Shown: positions 9,439-18,596 of the stretch, piece after piece | How positions within the stretch are numbered: position 1 is the first letter of the stretch | How the letters are laid out: each line of letters begins with the position of its first letter | Sequence record: KX397373.1 | DNA length: 64,000 nt | Direction: 5' to 3' (one strand) | Notes under the pieces: model-generated | What the model was told of the DNA's origin: nothing | The model's input: the letters and a program-made list of their open reading frames with translations, nothing else | The model's database searches: none | Program-made: the position numbers and the translations under genes

Positions 9439-10194
9439 TTATTTTTTGTTTGATTTCAGCTCTTTCAAGCGCTCACCGGTGGTGTTCAAACATTCAATCA
9501 TTTCGTTAACCTGTTTCATGAACAGGCCAAACAGTTCAACCCAGTCGCTACCACAGTCAACCATCAGCACCAACTCTTTCGCGACGTTCGGGTGCACCGT
9601 TGCATTTGCAATGATGTCCACAGAAGCGTGGATAGATTCGATGGTGTTATCGACGTTGGTGCGCAGCTTTTTAGTCAGTTCCAGGTTCAGGGCTTTCGCG
9701 CGGTTAAACGCAATGTCAATTTCGCCTGCACTGTGGAACGTCTTTTCAATCGCCCGTTGGTCGATGACGTTATTGGTATAGGACTTGGAAAGCTTTTCGA
9801 CCAGGTCTTTGGGGTTGATGTTTTTCAGTGGGAACTTCACGTCTTTATAACGGAAACCCACAGGTAAAGACAACATTCCCACTTCGTGTGTAAGGGCCGA
9901 TAATTGTTTGTCGATAGGACGCAGAACGCCGTCATGGATTTTCTGCAATGTGTCCCAGACGGATTCCAGTCTTTCAATATGATCCATGGCGTACGTATTG
10001 AAGCCTGGTGGTACAGAGACCAACATGCCGGTGAAGTTCAGGAACTTCTCTTGCTGCATCCACTTGGAGACATCAGACATGTCGTCATACGTGGTCAGTG
10101 CCAGTTCCTGTTGCGGGCCGGTAAAGCCTTTCGGCAGAATCGCTGCGGCTTTGGAGACAAAGCCTGACAACGCCTCAAGTGGATTAACATTCAT
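9439..10194 (-). CDS. Putative virion (head) protein
   Basis: 251-aa helical ORF with GAGG RBS, preceded by a TTAGTATG late-type motif; virion role is inference. Confidence 0.5.
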   Translation of the reverse strand: MNVNPLEALSGFVSKAAAILPKGFTGPQQELALTTYDDMSDVSKWMQQEKFLNFTGMLVSVPPGFNTYAMDHIERLESVWDTLQKIHDGVLRPIDKQLSALTHEVGMLSLPVGFRYKDVKFPLKNINPKDLVEKLSKSYTNNVIDQRAIEKTFHSAGEIDIAFNRAKALNLELTKKLRTNVDNTIESIHASVDIIANATVHPNVAKELVLMVDCGSDWVELFGLFMKQVNEMIECLNTTGERLKELKSNKK

Positions 10195-10226
10195 ACTCTT
10201 AACCTCGGAAATAGGGGATTGGGCTA

Positions 10227-10234
10227 CATACTAA
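10227..10234 (-). promoter_or_regulatory. Putative late promoter TTAGTATG
   Basis: Identical 8-mer lies upstream of the tail sheath gene (51218-51225); the phiKZ late promoter core is TATG. Confidence 0.5.
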
Positions 10235-10294
10235 AGTCTTTTTACGTATTACCCAAACCTTATGAACGAGCCTAACCTATAAGGTAACAACTCG

Positions 10295-10594
10295 ATGAAA
10301 ATCAAATTACTGACTCGTGAACTCGGCACCAAAGTTGATCTGGAAATCTATTTGACTCCGGCCAAGCTGGACGAGAACAAGAAACCGACCACGGTAGGTA
10401 AAATCCTCAGCATCACGTCGTTGCCGTCAGGTAAGCGCGTTGTTGAGATTGAAATCGATGACCGGAACAAAAACCGTTTCAAAGATGTCAAGAACCCGAA
10501 TCCTAAAGATTTGGACGAGGTTACCGACTGGGTAGAAACTTACTTTGAAGTCTGGCACAAACGTCGTCTGCTTCTTTCGACTAAAAAACGCTAA
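10295..10594 (+). CDS. Hypothetical protein
   Basis: 99-aa basic ORF with AAGG RBS. Confidence 0.7.
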   Translation: MKIKLLTRELGTKVDLEIYLTPAKLDENKKPTTVGKILSITSLPSGKRVVEIEIDDRNKNRFKDVKNPNPKDLDEVTDWVETYFEVWHKRRLLLSTKKR

Positions 10595-10609
10595 TTGACG
10601 GAGCGCTAA

Positions 10610-12094
10610 ATGGCAGGTCCAGCTAAACAAGTCATGGGTGAAGTGATTCGCCCTCGTTTTAACGTCTATACCATCATGGACCACGCTCTCGGTAACTACG
10701 AGAAGGGGGAAGATGGTTTATACTACCTCAACGGTGGTTTTGCCCACATCATGGGTTTCGCAGGTCGTGGTAATACCTTTAAGTCCACACTGATGGACTT
10801 TTGTATCTTCATGATTCTGCAACGTTACGCGGCTGCCTGGGGGTCGAAGTATGACACCGAAGTTACAGCTGCTTTGAACCGACTCGAAACTGGATTTATC
10901 TCTGCCGCGAAAGCGAACGGGATTGAAGGTGGCAGTGTGTTGGATATGATCCATGAAGGCAAGTACAACATGGTCGGCTCTGACATCATGCCGGGTGAAG
11001 AATATTACTCTTCTTACATTCGTGACGAAATTGAAAACCGTTTCAAAGAGTACATGAAAGGTAAGACGCGTGAGACTCCGTTCCTCGATCCTGTTCGTCG
11101 CGCTGCCAAGCGTCTCCTCGATCCGTGGTTGTACTCGATTGACTCCCTGTCTGAGTGGCACTCGTCGAAGATTGAAGACAAGCACGCTGAAACCAACGTC
11201 GGTGACTCCGAGCAGAACGCCTTAAACATGCGTGACTCGCTGGAGAAATCCAACATGATGAGTCGTTGGCCGTCTGCCTTTGCTCGTGGTGGTTTCTACA
11301 TGGGCTTCGTGGCACAGCTGGCGGACGATTCTGGTAAAGCAATGTCGAGCGGTGGGCGTGGTGCTAAACCTGCTAACGCCAAACTGCTGGATGATGCAGG
11401 CGACGATCTGAAGTTTGCGGGTATCCCTCGTCGTCAGCTGTCGTTCCTGACCAACTCCCTGCTGGTTGCGACCAAGTCCGGTGAGCTGAAACACGACGGC
11501 AGCTACAACGCCAAGACCGGTGTGAACGAAGAGAAATACCCAACTGCACGTTCGAAGGCAATGAATGCTTCCGTGAACGATTTGAAAGAAATCGTCTTCA
11601 CGCAGTACCGTGCAAAAGGTGGTCACACTGGCGTTAAATTCCGTATGGTGTTCTCGCAAGAGATGGGTCTGCTGTATCACCTCTCTCTGTGGCATTACCT
11701 GGCGGAAGTGTTGAAAGACGAATGGGGTTATACCCGCAGCGGTGCAAACTATGAACTGCACCTCCTGCCGGGGACAAAGTTCATGCGTACCACCGTGCGT
11801 GATATGTGTGACGACGATCAACGTCTGCGCCGTGCACTGGAAATCACCGCAGCACTGGCGTACATGCAGAACAACTACCACCGTCTGGAAATGAAGTACC
11901 ACATCACACCGGAACAGCTGTGGAAGCTTATCGATGAGAAGTGGGACTGGAACGAGATTCTGGACAACACGGTTGAATACTGGATGTTCAAAGACCAGGA
12001 AGTCAAAGGGGGCAAACGTTGCTTGACCGCAATGTCGCTGCTTGCGATGGCTGTTGATGGTCTGGAACCGAAGTTCTTAACCAAAAAGAAATAA
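10610..12094 (+). CDS. uvsX: UvsX/RecA-like recombinase (phiKZ-type)
   Basis: Walker A GFAGRGNTFKST, YDTE motif, Walker B-like YSIDSLS; size and context typical of phiKZ-like UvsX. Confidence 0.8.
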   Translation: MAGPAKQVMGEVIRPRFNVYTIMDHALGNYEKGEDGLYYLNGGFAHIMGFAGRGNTFKSTLMDFCIFMILQRYAAAWGSKYDTEVTAALNRLETGFISAAKANGIEGGSVLDMIHEGKYNMVGSDIMPGEEYYSSYIRDEIENRFKEYMKGKTRETPFLDPVRRAAKRLLDPWLYSIDSLSEWHSSKIEDKHAETNVGDSEQNALNMRDSLEKSNMMSRWPSAFARGGFYMGFVAQLADDSGKAMSSGGRGAKPANAKLLDDAGDDLKFAGIPRRQLSFLTNSLLVATKSGELKHDGSYNAKTGVNEEKYPTARSKAMNASVNDLKEIVFTQYRAKGGHTGVKFRMVFSQEMGLLYHLSLWHYLAEVLKDEWGYTRSGANYELHLLPGTKFMRTTVRDMCDDDQRLRRALEITAALAYMQNNYHRLEMKYHITPEQLWKLIDEKWDWNEILDNTVEYWMFKDQEVKGGKRCLTAMSLLAMAVDGLEPKFLTKKK

Positions 12095-12100
12095 TGGCCT

Positions 12101-12123
12101 GGGCGGGGAAACTCGCCCTTTTT
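12101..12123 (+). terminator. Intrinsic terminator
   Basis: GGGCGGG-GAAA-CTCGCCC followed by T5. Confidence 0.8.
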
Positions 12124-12137
12124 ATTGTTGAGGAACG

Positions 12138-12425
12138 ATGATGCGTTATCAGAAAGATATTATCGAGCGTCTTTCTCAGGGGCTGGCCGGTGTCGACCAG
12201 AACCTTAGCGCTCAATTCAGTAATGCGTTCTCGGCAAGTCGTCCTGATTTGAAAACCTTCTGCAACGAGGTTAATGAGCATTATGCAAATTTGCTCTCAC
12301 CTGCCAGTAGCAGTAAAGTGATTCAAATCGGCGTACCCGAACGAGAGAGCGCGATACCATTCTGGATTGACGACCTGGAAGCCGCGGCACTACCCACGCT
12401 CCGCAAAGCGAGGACGGTACAATGA
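12138..12425 (+). CDS. Hypothetical protein
   Basis: 95-aa ORF with GAGGA RBS, coupled to the RNAP subunit gene. Confidence 0.7.
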   Translation: MMRYQKDIIERLSQGLAGVDQNLSAQFSNAFSASRPDLKTFCNEVNEHYANLLSPASSSKVIQIGVPERESAIPFWIDDLEAAALPTLRKARTVQ

Positions 12426-13090
12426 GACTAGACCCAGCACGACGTAAGAAGGCAGAAGCTTACGCACTTCAAGTCCTCCAGTTGGTCGACCCAACGGGGA
12501 TTAACGCAGAGGCCGCTAAACGCGCTTTTGCACGCATGAACGATGACGAGTTCAATCGTTTGCGCGACGGATTACCTATCTACAATCCGACTGCTGGGAA
12601 AGTACGCATTGACCACCTTCGTAACATCAAAATCTGTTCTGCAATGGGCGTCAGCCTGGAGCAGCGACTATGGTTAACTGAATCGAAGACCGGTATCCTT
12701 CAACGCACCCGCTATCCACACCTTGTCCTACGCCTCCCTGCTCGCCGTCAAACGCAGATGCAGGAAAAGAAAATGGCTGTAGCGAAGAACGACCGTGTCC
12801 GTGACAAACTCTCCGGGCAAGTCGTTGGGCCATCGAAAGCCTCAGGGGTATCCTTCCCAGAAGGGTATATCATGTACTCTGACGGTCACGACTGGTCCCT
12901 TAAAGAATTCCTGTGGGCGCGTGGTGGTAATGATGTCCTCCAACGCGCGTTCTATCAGTCGATCCGTAACACGGGTCAGGGGCGTATTGATTTAGAAGGG
13001 GCTGAGCGTACGAGTTCGAAAGCAACCCGTACCTGGTCATCGTATTTCAAAGCCATGCACATTGGCAACAACATAGGTCGACCGGAATGA
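12422..13090 (+). CDS. rpoB: Virion RNA polymerase beta subunit, C-terminal piece (phiKZ gp149-like)
   Basis: LSGQV...GVSFPEGYIMYSDG..SLKEFLWARGGND aligns with RpoB VTQQP...RFGEMEVWALEAYG..TLQEMLTVKSDD. Confidence 0.8.
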   Translation: MRLDPARRKKAEAYALQVLQLVDPTGINAEAAKRAFARMNDDEFNRLRDGLPIYNPTAGKVRIDHLRNIKICSAMGVSLEQRLWLTESKTGILQRTRYPHLVLRLPARRQTQMQEKKMAVAKNDRVRDKLSGQVVGPSKASGVSFPEGYIMYSDGHDWSLKEFLWARGGNDVLQRAFYQSIRNTGQGRIDLEGAERTSSKATRTWSSYFKAMHIGNNIGRPE

Positions 13091-13818
13091 GATTATCCCG
13101 ACGCTTCTTAGTGGATATTGATGCTTTGTTCGATACGCGTATCGGCTGGCTCAGAACCATTAAGCCCGAGGCCATGGAAAAGCTCGACTTGGAGGTTTAT
13201 CGCCGTCGAATCACTGACACTTGGGCAGATGTCGTCGGGATAAACAACTGGGCAGAGACTTACGCACAGCGAGATAAAAGGGCGCTGATGAACTCCGAAC
13301 CAACGGAGTTACTGATGACGCTTAAAAATGAGTTTCAGGCAATGCTGATGGAAATTGAGATGCATTCGCCAATTGAACGTCCGTCGGTTACGATCAATCT
13401 TTGGCCGTATACGGATTTGACGAGTAGTGAAGTGCAGGACTTTTTGAATATGTTCCGCTATCACTTTAGTGAAGTGAGGGCTGAGGTGGTGCATTGGTCT
13501 CACAAAGACCTGACACCAGGGAGGTTGGCTGCGGCGTGGGATGGGTGGATAATGTACGACTGGTATCCGTGGATTAAGCTACAGGCCACGAAACTGGCAA
13601 AACGGATTCCTGAGTTTACGATTACCCGCCCTAGTCTGCTGACGCCGGAGTTGACGTCAGAGACTATTGAGTACATGCAACGCGATGGGGTGAACCCGTT
13701 CAAGGAACACACCCGTTTCATGGCAGAGTACGTGACGGTCGACTGCAAAGATGCCGGACTGTTTAGTCTTCGGCGTCCTCCGAAGTCTGCTTCGCCCGAG
13801 AATACGCCGAAGCCATGA
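13087..13818 (+). CDS. Conserved hypothetical protein (HAD-like N-terminal strand LVDIDALFD)
   Basis: 243-aa ORF with ATGA overlap; fold call is weak. Confidence 0.6.
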   Translation: MRLSRRFLVDIDALFDTRIGWLRTIKPEAMEKLDLEVYRRRITDTWADVVGINNWAETYAQRDKRALMNSEPTELLMTLKNEFQAMLMEIEMHSPIERPSVTINLWPYTDLTSSEVQDFLNMFRYHFSEVRAEVVHWSHKDLTPGRLAAAWDGWIMYDWYPWIKLQATKLAKRIPEFTITRPSLLTPELTSETIEYMQRDGVNPFKEHTRFMAEYVTVDCKDAGLFSLRRPPKSASPENTPKP

Positions 13819-14233
13819 TGTTACCCACATCAATGGCGTCGCCAACAGGAGCCAACTGTCCCGGATTCATCTCGACGTCGTCGATTTGAGGAAGGGGTGG
13901 TTGGTACCCTGTATTTTCACTCGGTGGGGCGTCGTGACGTTTGATACCGACACCGGCACGTTGCATCAGGAAGCCATTAAGGGCGTTGGCCACATCTTGT
14001 GTTGCCTCTGCACCTTTCTCAGCTGCCTTAATCTTACGCTTCGACATAATCTGTTTGTCGACGCTGTTAAGGAGACGATCGATACGGTCAACGGCCTTGA
14101 GGTCAGTATGGACTTTGGGTTCAGCAGCCATATCGTTGGCGAGACGAATACGGAGTTGTTGCGTCTCGCGGAGAAGTGAATCTTCGTCATCCACATTCCC
14201 GTCGAAGGCTTGGTATTTCACTTCTTCGCTCAT
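13763..14233 (-). CDS. Hypothetical coiled-coil protein
   Basis: 156 aa, AGAGG RBS; converges on and overlaps the upstream gene by 56 bp. Confidence 0.65.
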   Translation of the reverse strand: MSEEVKYQAFDGNVDDEDSLLRETQQLRIRLANDMAAEPKVHTDLKAVDRIDRLLNSVDKQIMSKRKIKAAEKGAEATQDVANALNGFLMQRAGVGIKRHDAPPSENTGYQPPLPQIDDVEMNPGQLAPVGDAIDVGNIMASAYSRAKQTSEDAED

Positions 14234-14249
14234 GTTAAAACCTCTTCTT

Positions 14250-14275
14250 AAAAAGAACTCAGACAGATATTATCT
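14250..14275 (+). promoter_or_regulatory. Putative phage early promoter (A-tract then ACAGATATTATC)
   Basis: Second copy of the recurring intergenic motif. Confidence 0.55.
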
Positions 14276-14309
14276 AACTGAGACAATCTCTCACTTTAGG
14301 ATTAAGCTT

Positions 14310-14834
14310 ATGTTTAATTGGCTCAACACACGTTTAAAGCGATACGCCGTAAAGCAGCGTAGAAGCTTTCTGGAGGCGGAGTTCCATAAGAATACCCGTA
14401 ACCCTTTTCATCGGGTTATCGTAGGCTTAGAACTGCTTACAGAGCCTCTGGAATATAATGGTGAGCAGTACAAGCCATTATCCGTTCGTGGGAAGTTGGA
14501 GCTGCGGGTAGCGAACTTTGATATTCTCTACGAACGACTGGAGTTTTACATCCGTGAGTACACCCGAGTAGCCAACGGGAGTTCTCAGACGTGGTTAGCG
14601 TTACCGGATGAGTTGGACAAGAAAAAGGACGAACCTACGCTCCGTTGGATTGACCAATACTTCTCTACCACTAACCCGGAAGTAGTACGTGACAAACTGC
14701 GTAAAGCGTTTGCCTTGATTGATGTTTATCGTCCGGCTTTCACTGAACGCGATACGGCTGAACAAGATGCGCTGGCAAACATGACAGCTCACATCTTTCG
14801 CGAGTTAGAAACCGTAGTGGAACACTACCTCTAA
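14310..14834 (+). CDS. Hypothetical protein
   Basis: Start at ATG 14310 (AGGA RBS); the track extension to 13941 is antisense shadow. Confidence 0.7.
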   Translation: MFNWLNTRLKRYAVKQRRSFLEAEFHKNTRNPFHRVIVGLELLTEPLEYNGEQYKPLSVRGKLELRVANFDILYERLEFYIREYTRVANGSSQTWLALPDELDKKKDEPTLRWIDQYFSTTNPEVVRDKLRKAFALIDVYRPAFTERDTAEQDALANMTAHIFRELETVVEHYL

Positions 14835-14864
14835 CTTTATCCGCTCCTTGTAACAAGGTGGTTT

Positions 14865-15689
14865 ATGGATAACAAAAACGATATCATTAAGGATCAGATC
14901 CATCACGGATCTCCCCAAGATGATCCCGCGGGTAAACCGCTACAGGATGCCTACTGGAGACTGTGGAAACAGCAAAAGTATACCCGTGAGCAATGGACAA
15001 CCTTGCTTGGCGAGTATGTCAGGAATCCTAATTACGCGACCAAATCCAAAGCAACTGACAAAGACCGTGTCCAACGGTTAACGACAGCGCTGACGGGTGG
15101 GAACAGTCGCAACATCAAAGTCGACCTTACCTGGCGACGATTCATTGAAGGTTTGGTGGTCATGAAAGTCGATGTGCTCACTGTCACTGTGCAAGCAGTG
15201 AAAGGGAACTACGGCGACACGAAAGAGGTGAAGACCTCGACACGACCCAAAGAAGACCTTCTGAAAACGTTAAACGGGGAAGACCGGGAGAAGCCACGAT
15301 TGAGTGCAACAGAGGAATTGAATATCCTCTTTACCAATCAGCGTGGCACTGCTGGTCAGATGGAACACATCCTGGGCAGGTTACTCTGGCTGTTATTTGC
15401 CGAGTATCGGATTGACTCTGACTTTTGGGGACGTTTGTCTACCAACTATGTCAACAACCCGAACAACTGTCCCGCGATTGCTTCGCGACGTAATGACATG
15501 CGGCACAACATGCAGCAGAACATGCGGATGCGCAAGAAGCTTTCGTGGAAGCGTTTCTTGATGGTGCTCAAAGCCGTCGACATTCGCCAGCTGGAATGTA
15601 GTTTCACCATTACGAAGGAGAACTCCAACTTCGTTTATGAGTCGACGATTGTCATCGACCTCACGAAACTGAACTTCTGGAGACCGTGA
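14865..15689 (+). CDS. Hypothetical protein with internal two-fold domain repeat
   Basis: W..L...YV.NPN and L[TS]W[RK]RF...L each occur twice. Confidence 0.7.
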   Translation: MDNKNDIIKDQIHHGSPQDDPAGKPLQDAYWRLWKQQKYTREQWTTLLGEYVRNPNYATKSKATDKDRVQRLTTALTGGNSRNIKVDLTWRRFIEGLVVMKVDVLTVTVQAVKGNYGDTKEVKTSTRPKEDLLKTLNGEDREKPRLSATEELNILFTNQRGTAGQMEHILGRLLWLLFAEYRIDSDFWGRLSTNYVNNPNNCPAIASRRNDMRHNMQQNMRMRKKLSWKRFLMVLKAVDIRQLECSFTITKENSNFVYESTIVIDLTKLNFWRP

Positions 15690-17002
15690 TGAAACTGAAT
15701 AACATTGACGGCATCACTAGCCAAATCGGTAACAAGGTGAACGGTGTCCAGTCAGCGGTTGGCAATACGGTGCAACGCGGTACGGATGCAGTAAACCGCG
15801 TACAGTCTACGGTGGACAATGTCGGGAAGGGTATCGAGTCAGCTCAAAACCTGTACCAGAACACGTTCGATAAGGCGGGGGAAACCTACGATAAGGTCGT
15901 GAACGGTGCAGGGTCGCTGAAAGAAAAACTCGGTAACCTCTTTGGCGGCAGTGACACTTCTTCGGTAGGTGGAACCAAAGCAGCCGGGTCTGCGCCCTCA
16001 GGGGCCTCACCCGGTCAGAAGATGCCCACGTTTGCCACGGATACGAAAGCTGCGCTGCCGGTACTCGATCCGCAAAAGCGTGATGTGTCAGAACCGTTTA
16101 AGCCGGTCAACAAAGCGGGCCTGTCGGCACTCAGCTACCTCAGTCCCGGTGGGGCAGGGAGTCTGTTGTCTAAAGGTTGGTCTACCTTAACGAACCTGCG
16201 CGACCAAGCGCTGAGTGCGGTAGGGACTGATTACGCTTCGGTGAAGAATCGTCTGGAACAAACCATGAACATTGCCGGGCAACTGGCAAAGCTTCCGGGT
16301 GAGGTTCAGCGAGAAATCAGTGGCTACGTCAACGAGTTTAACTCGGCGAAATACCAAGTCACCGCCATGGTGGACGATGTAACCCACACCTTTGATTCGT
16401 TCAAAGACCTGGGGGACTACCTGGCGATTGATAACGTGTTGCAAAGTTTTGGGGTAGGGAGCAGCAGCAATGGTTACAGCAACTCTTTCTCAAACCTGGA
16501 CATCAATACGTCATCGGCACTGATTTACGGTATCTCGACCAAGCTCAACACTTACGGCTTACCTGCGAAGATTGACCCAATGGTACAGGCCATCACTGAC
16601 CCGGTTGCGCAAGAAGCGTTGTACGGTGAATTGATGGTGCAAGCCTCCGCCACGGGGAACTTGGATTCGGTAGAGTATTACCTGCCGAAACTGAAACCGG
16701 GCCAGGGGCAGCAGTTGGCAGAGGATGTCATTAAGAACCTCATGGCCAATCTGCGGGTTGAACCGGGTATTGGGTTCCGCAGTTACGGTGTGCGTTTGTT
16801 GGCGTTGTTCGAAGCGTTAGACCCGAATTGGGACAAGTCCAAGATCAATCCGGGAATGACCGAACTGCGTCTGTACACTTACGCAGGCTCTAATGCGATT
16901 CAGGCATTGCTGACCACTGACCGCCGCATCTATGTGATTGCCGGGGGTAGCGTGCAGTATCAAACTGCTGACTCTCTGGTGAATGCGTATTTCGCCGTCT
17001 AA
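15686..17002 (+). CDS. Putative virion/tail-associated protein
   Basis: 438 aa; N-terminal 11-residue-periodic amphipathic segment and Gly/Ser linker; structural role is inference. Confidence 0.5.
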   Translation: MMKLNNIDGITSQIGNKVNGVQSAVGNTVQRGTDAVNRVQSTVDNVGKGIESAQNLYQNTFDKAGETYDKVVNGAGSLKEKLGNLFGGSDTSSVGGTKAAGSAPSGASPGQKMPTFATDTKAALPVLDPQKRDVSEPFKPVNKAGLSALSYLSPGGAGSLLSKGWSTLTNLRDQALSAVGTDYASVKNRLEQTMNIAGQLAKLPGEVQREISGYVNEFNSAKYQVTAMVDDVTHTFDSFKDLGDYLAIDNVLQSFGVGSSSNGYSNSFSNLDINTSSALIYGISTKLNTYGLPAKIDPMVQAITDPVAQEALYGELMVQASATGNLDSVEYYLPKLKPGQGQQLAEDVIKNLMANLRVEPGIGFRSYGVRLLALFEALDPNWDKSKINPGMTELRLYTYAGSNAIQALLTTDRRIYVIAGGSVQYQTADSLVNAYFAV

Positions 17003-17014
17003 CAGGTACCGTTT

Positions 17015-17893
17015 ATGACCAATGATGATAATCCTATTTTGCGTGCCACGCTTGAAACTGTACGCAAAGCAGATGTGGGTGTTAACAATGTAGCGGCAAT
17101 GTTCGGCTTCTCCTTAGACGGGGTAGTGTCGAAGATTGCGCCAGTGAACCACATCGCGCTCTCGCCGGATGAGAAGGATGTGTTTATTCGCTACCTTCGC
17201 AGTCTCGGCTATCGTTGTCACCTGAAAGACTTTATCCCGTCTACGGATGGGTTGAACCACTATAACATCTATTCCCAGGCCAGAACGCAGCTGGGTAAGA
17301 TGGCGAGTAACTTTTACTCGCAACCGGAAGGGAAATACTTCGATACCACCGATGGCCGGTTTTTGACGTTAGAAGGGTACTATCATTACCTGCGCATCCT
17401 GGACTACGCGCTTCACACTTATTGCCGTGACGTTGAACCCACGAAGTTGTTGGATCGCAACGACATGGCACGGGTAGCGATGCAGGAAATGCTCAGGAAG
17501 TACCCGGACATCCGCAAACTGGCGAAGTACGAGGGTGCCGATTGTATCCGTATCGGTCGTAACCTGAAAGCAGCCATCTATGGTGGGACAGATTACCGTC
17601 CTGGCGCATTCAGTCCCCTGTCAGCTTACCGTTTTATGACAGCAATGGTATTTAAGTTGCACACTTTAACTATTGATGGCGTGAGTATCGGTAATATCCT
17701 GTCTGCGCAGGTTACACATGGCATTCCACTTCTTCACTATTACGTGATGAATGGTCGCCAGATAACCCCGCCGCATTCGGATTGGTTGCCAGGTGTGGTC
17801 GAACAAATTGTGCAGTGCATTGATCCGTACGGCACAACGTTCAACCCCCACGCCGTTATCAGCCAGATAGGGAACGACGATGGGTCTCTTTGA
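17015..17893 (+). CDS. NADAR-like (T4 gp30.3-like) protein
   Basis: NIYS..RTQLGKMASNFY...FDTTDGRFLTLEGYYHYLR resembles the NADAR LSNF...DG..F..LEG(F/Y) signature. Confidence 0.5.
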   Translation: MTNDDNPILRATLETVRKADVGVNNVAAMFGFSLDGVVSKIAPVNHIALSPDEKDVFIRYLRSLGYRCHLKDFIPSTDGLNHYNIYSQARTQLGKMASNFYSQPEGKYFDTTDGRFLTLEGYYHYLRILDYALHTYCRDVEPTKLLDRNDMARVAMQEMLRKYPDIRKLAKYEGADCIRIGRNLKAAIYGGTDYRPGAFSPLSAYRFMTAMVFKLHTLTIDGVSIGNILSAQVTHGIPLLHYYVMNGRQITPPHSDWLPGVVEQIVQCIDPYGTTFNPHAVISQIGNDDGSL

Positions 17894-18539
17894 CACCTTA
17901 GCGAAACTCGATCAGCAGCAAGAAGCCGACGTCTTAAAAGTCGCCGGTGAATCGGTGCGGGTCGAGACCGAAAAAGAATACGTGATGTGGGTGAAGCCAA
18001 CCGAAGAAGGCTGGGCGTGGTTATTCGAGCAGCAAGCACAGGTCTACATGGATGTGCTGATGCCGATTGCCCGTGGGCGTCGTCGGGTACGTTTGCAGAG
18101 TGGCGGTAAAGCCGAACTCACTGTGAAACGTATGGCGGGTGAAGGCAAGATTGAGGAGAACTCAGACATTGGGTTCGGTGCAGGCTTGTCATTCTACGAA
18201 GACGGTCACTTAGCGCACTTGGTTCGCCGTATCCACATGGATGCCGGGGAGCTGAAAGCGCAAGGGGCTAAGCACTGGGACATCGACCTGTTCTACACCG
18301 TCACGGGTCACCCGGTGCTGGAAACCCAGGAAGACTTTGACGCACTGGTCGCTGACTTGCAAACCGCAACGTCATTCGGTCGCTGGGTGAAGGTGGAACT
18401 GGAAGTCGAACGTTTTGAAATCAACACGATTAAAGACGTTATCCCGTTCGGTGTGGCAGAAGCGATTCCTGGTGGGCCGAAAGACCCCGAGACACAGGAA
18501 ATGCTTCGTCACTACTGGGACAATGAAACCCGTATCTAA
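17880..18539 (+). CDS. CYTH (triphosphate tunnel metalloenzyme) family protein
   Basis: N-terminal ETEKEY (ExE-type motif), RVRL, ELTVK, WDIDLF, VELEV. Confidence 0.7.
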   Translation: MGLFDTLAKLDQQQEADVLKVAGESVRVETEKEYVMWVKPTEEGWAWLFEQQAQVYMDVLMPIARGRRRVRLQSGGKAELTVKRMAGEGKIEENSDIGFGAGLSFYEDGHLAHLVRRIHMDAGELKAQGAKHWDIDLFYTVTGHPVLETQEDFDALVADLQTATSFGRWVKVELEVERFEINTIKDVIPFGVAEAIPGGPKDPETQEMLRHYWDNETRI

Positions 18540-18545
18540 GTGGTT

Positions 18546-18578
18546 CCCTCTCCTTCGGGGGAGGGCTACTTTATTTTT
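18546..18578 (+). terminator. Intrinsic terminator
   Basis: CCCTCTCC-TTCG-GGGGAGGG followed by a T-rich tail. Confidence 0.8.
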
Positions 18579-18596
18579 ATCCTAAAGGAGTACAAG

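Noticed and set aside
13941-14309. N-terminal extension of the 297-aa track ORF
   Set aside because: Overlaps the minus-strand gene; the RBS and promoter motif support a start at 14310.
15710-15950. 11-residue periodic repeats as a possible repeat array
   Set aside because: Protein-level amphipathic periodicity only; no exact DNA repeats or spacers, so not CRISPR or a DGR cassette.
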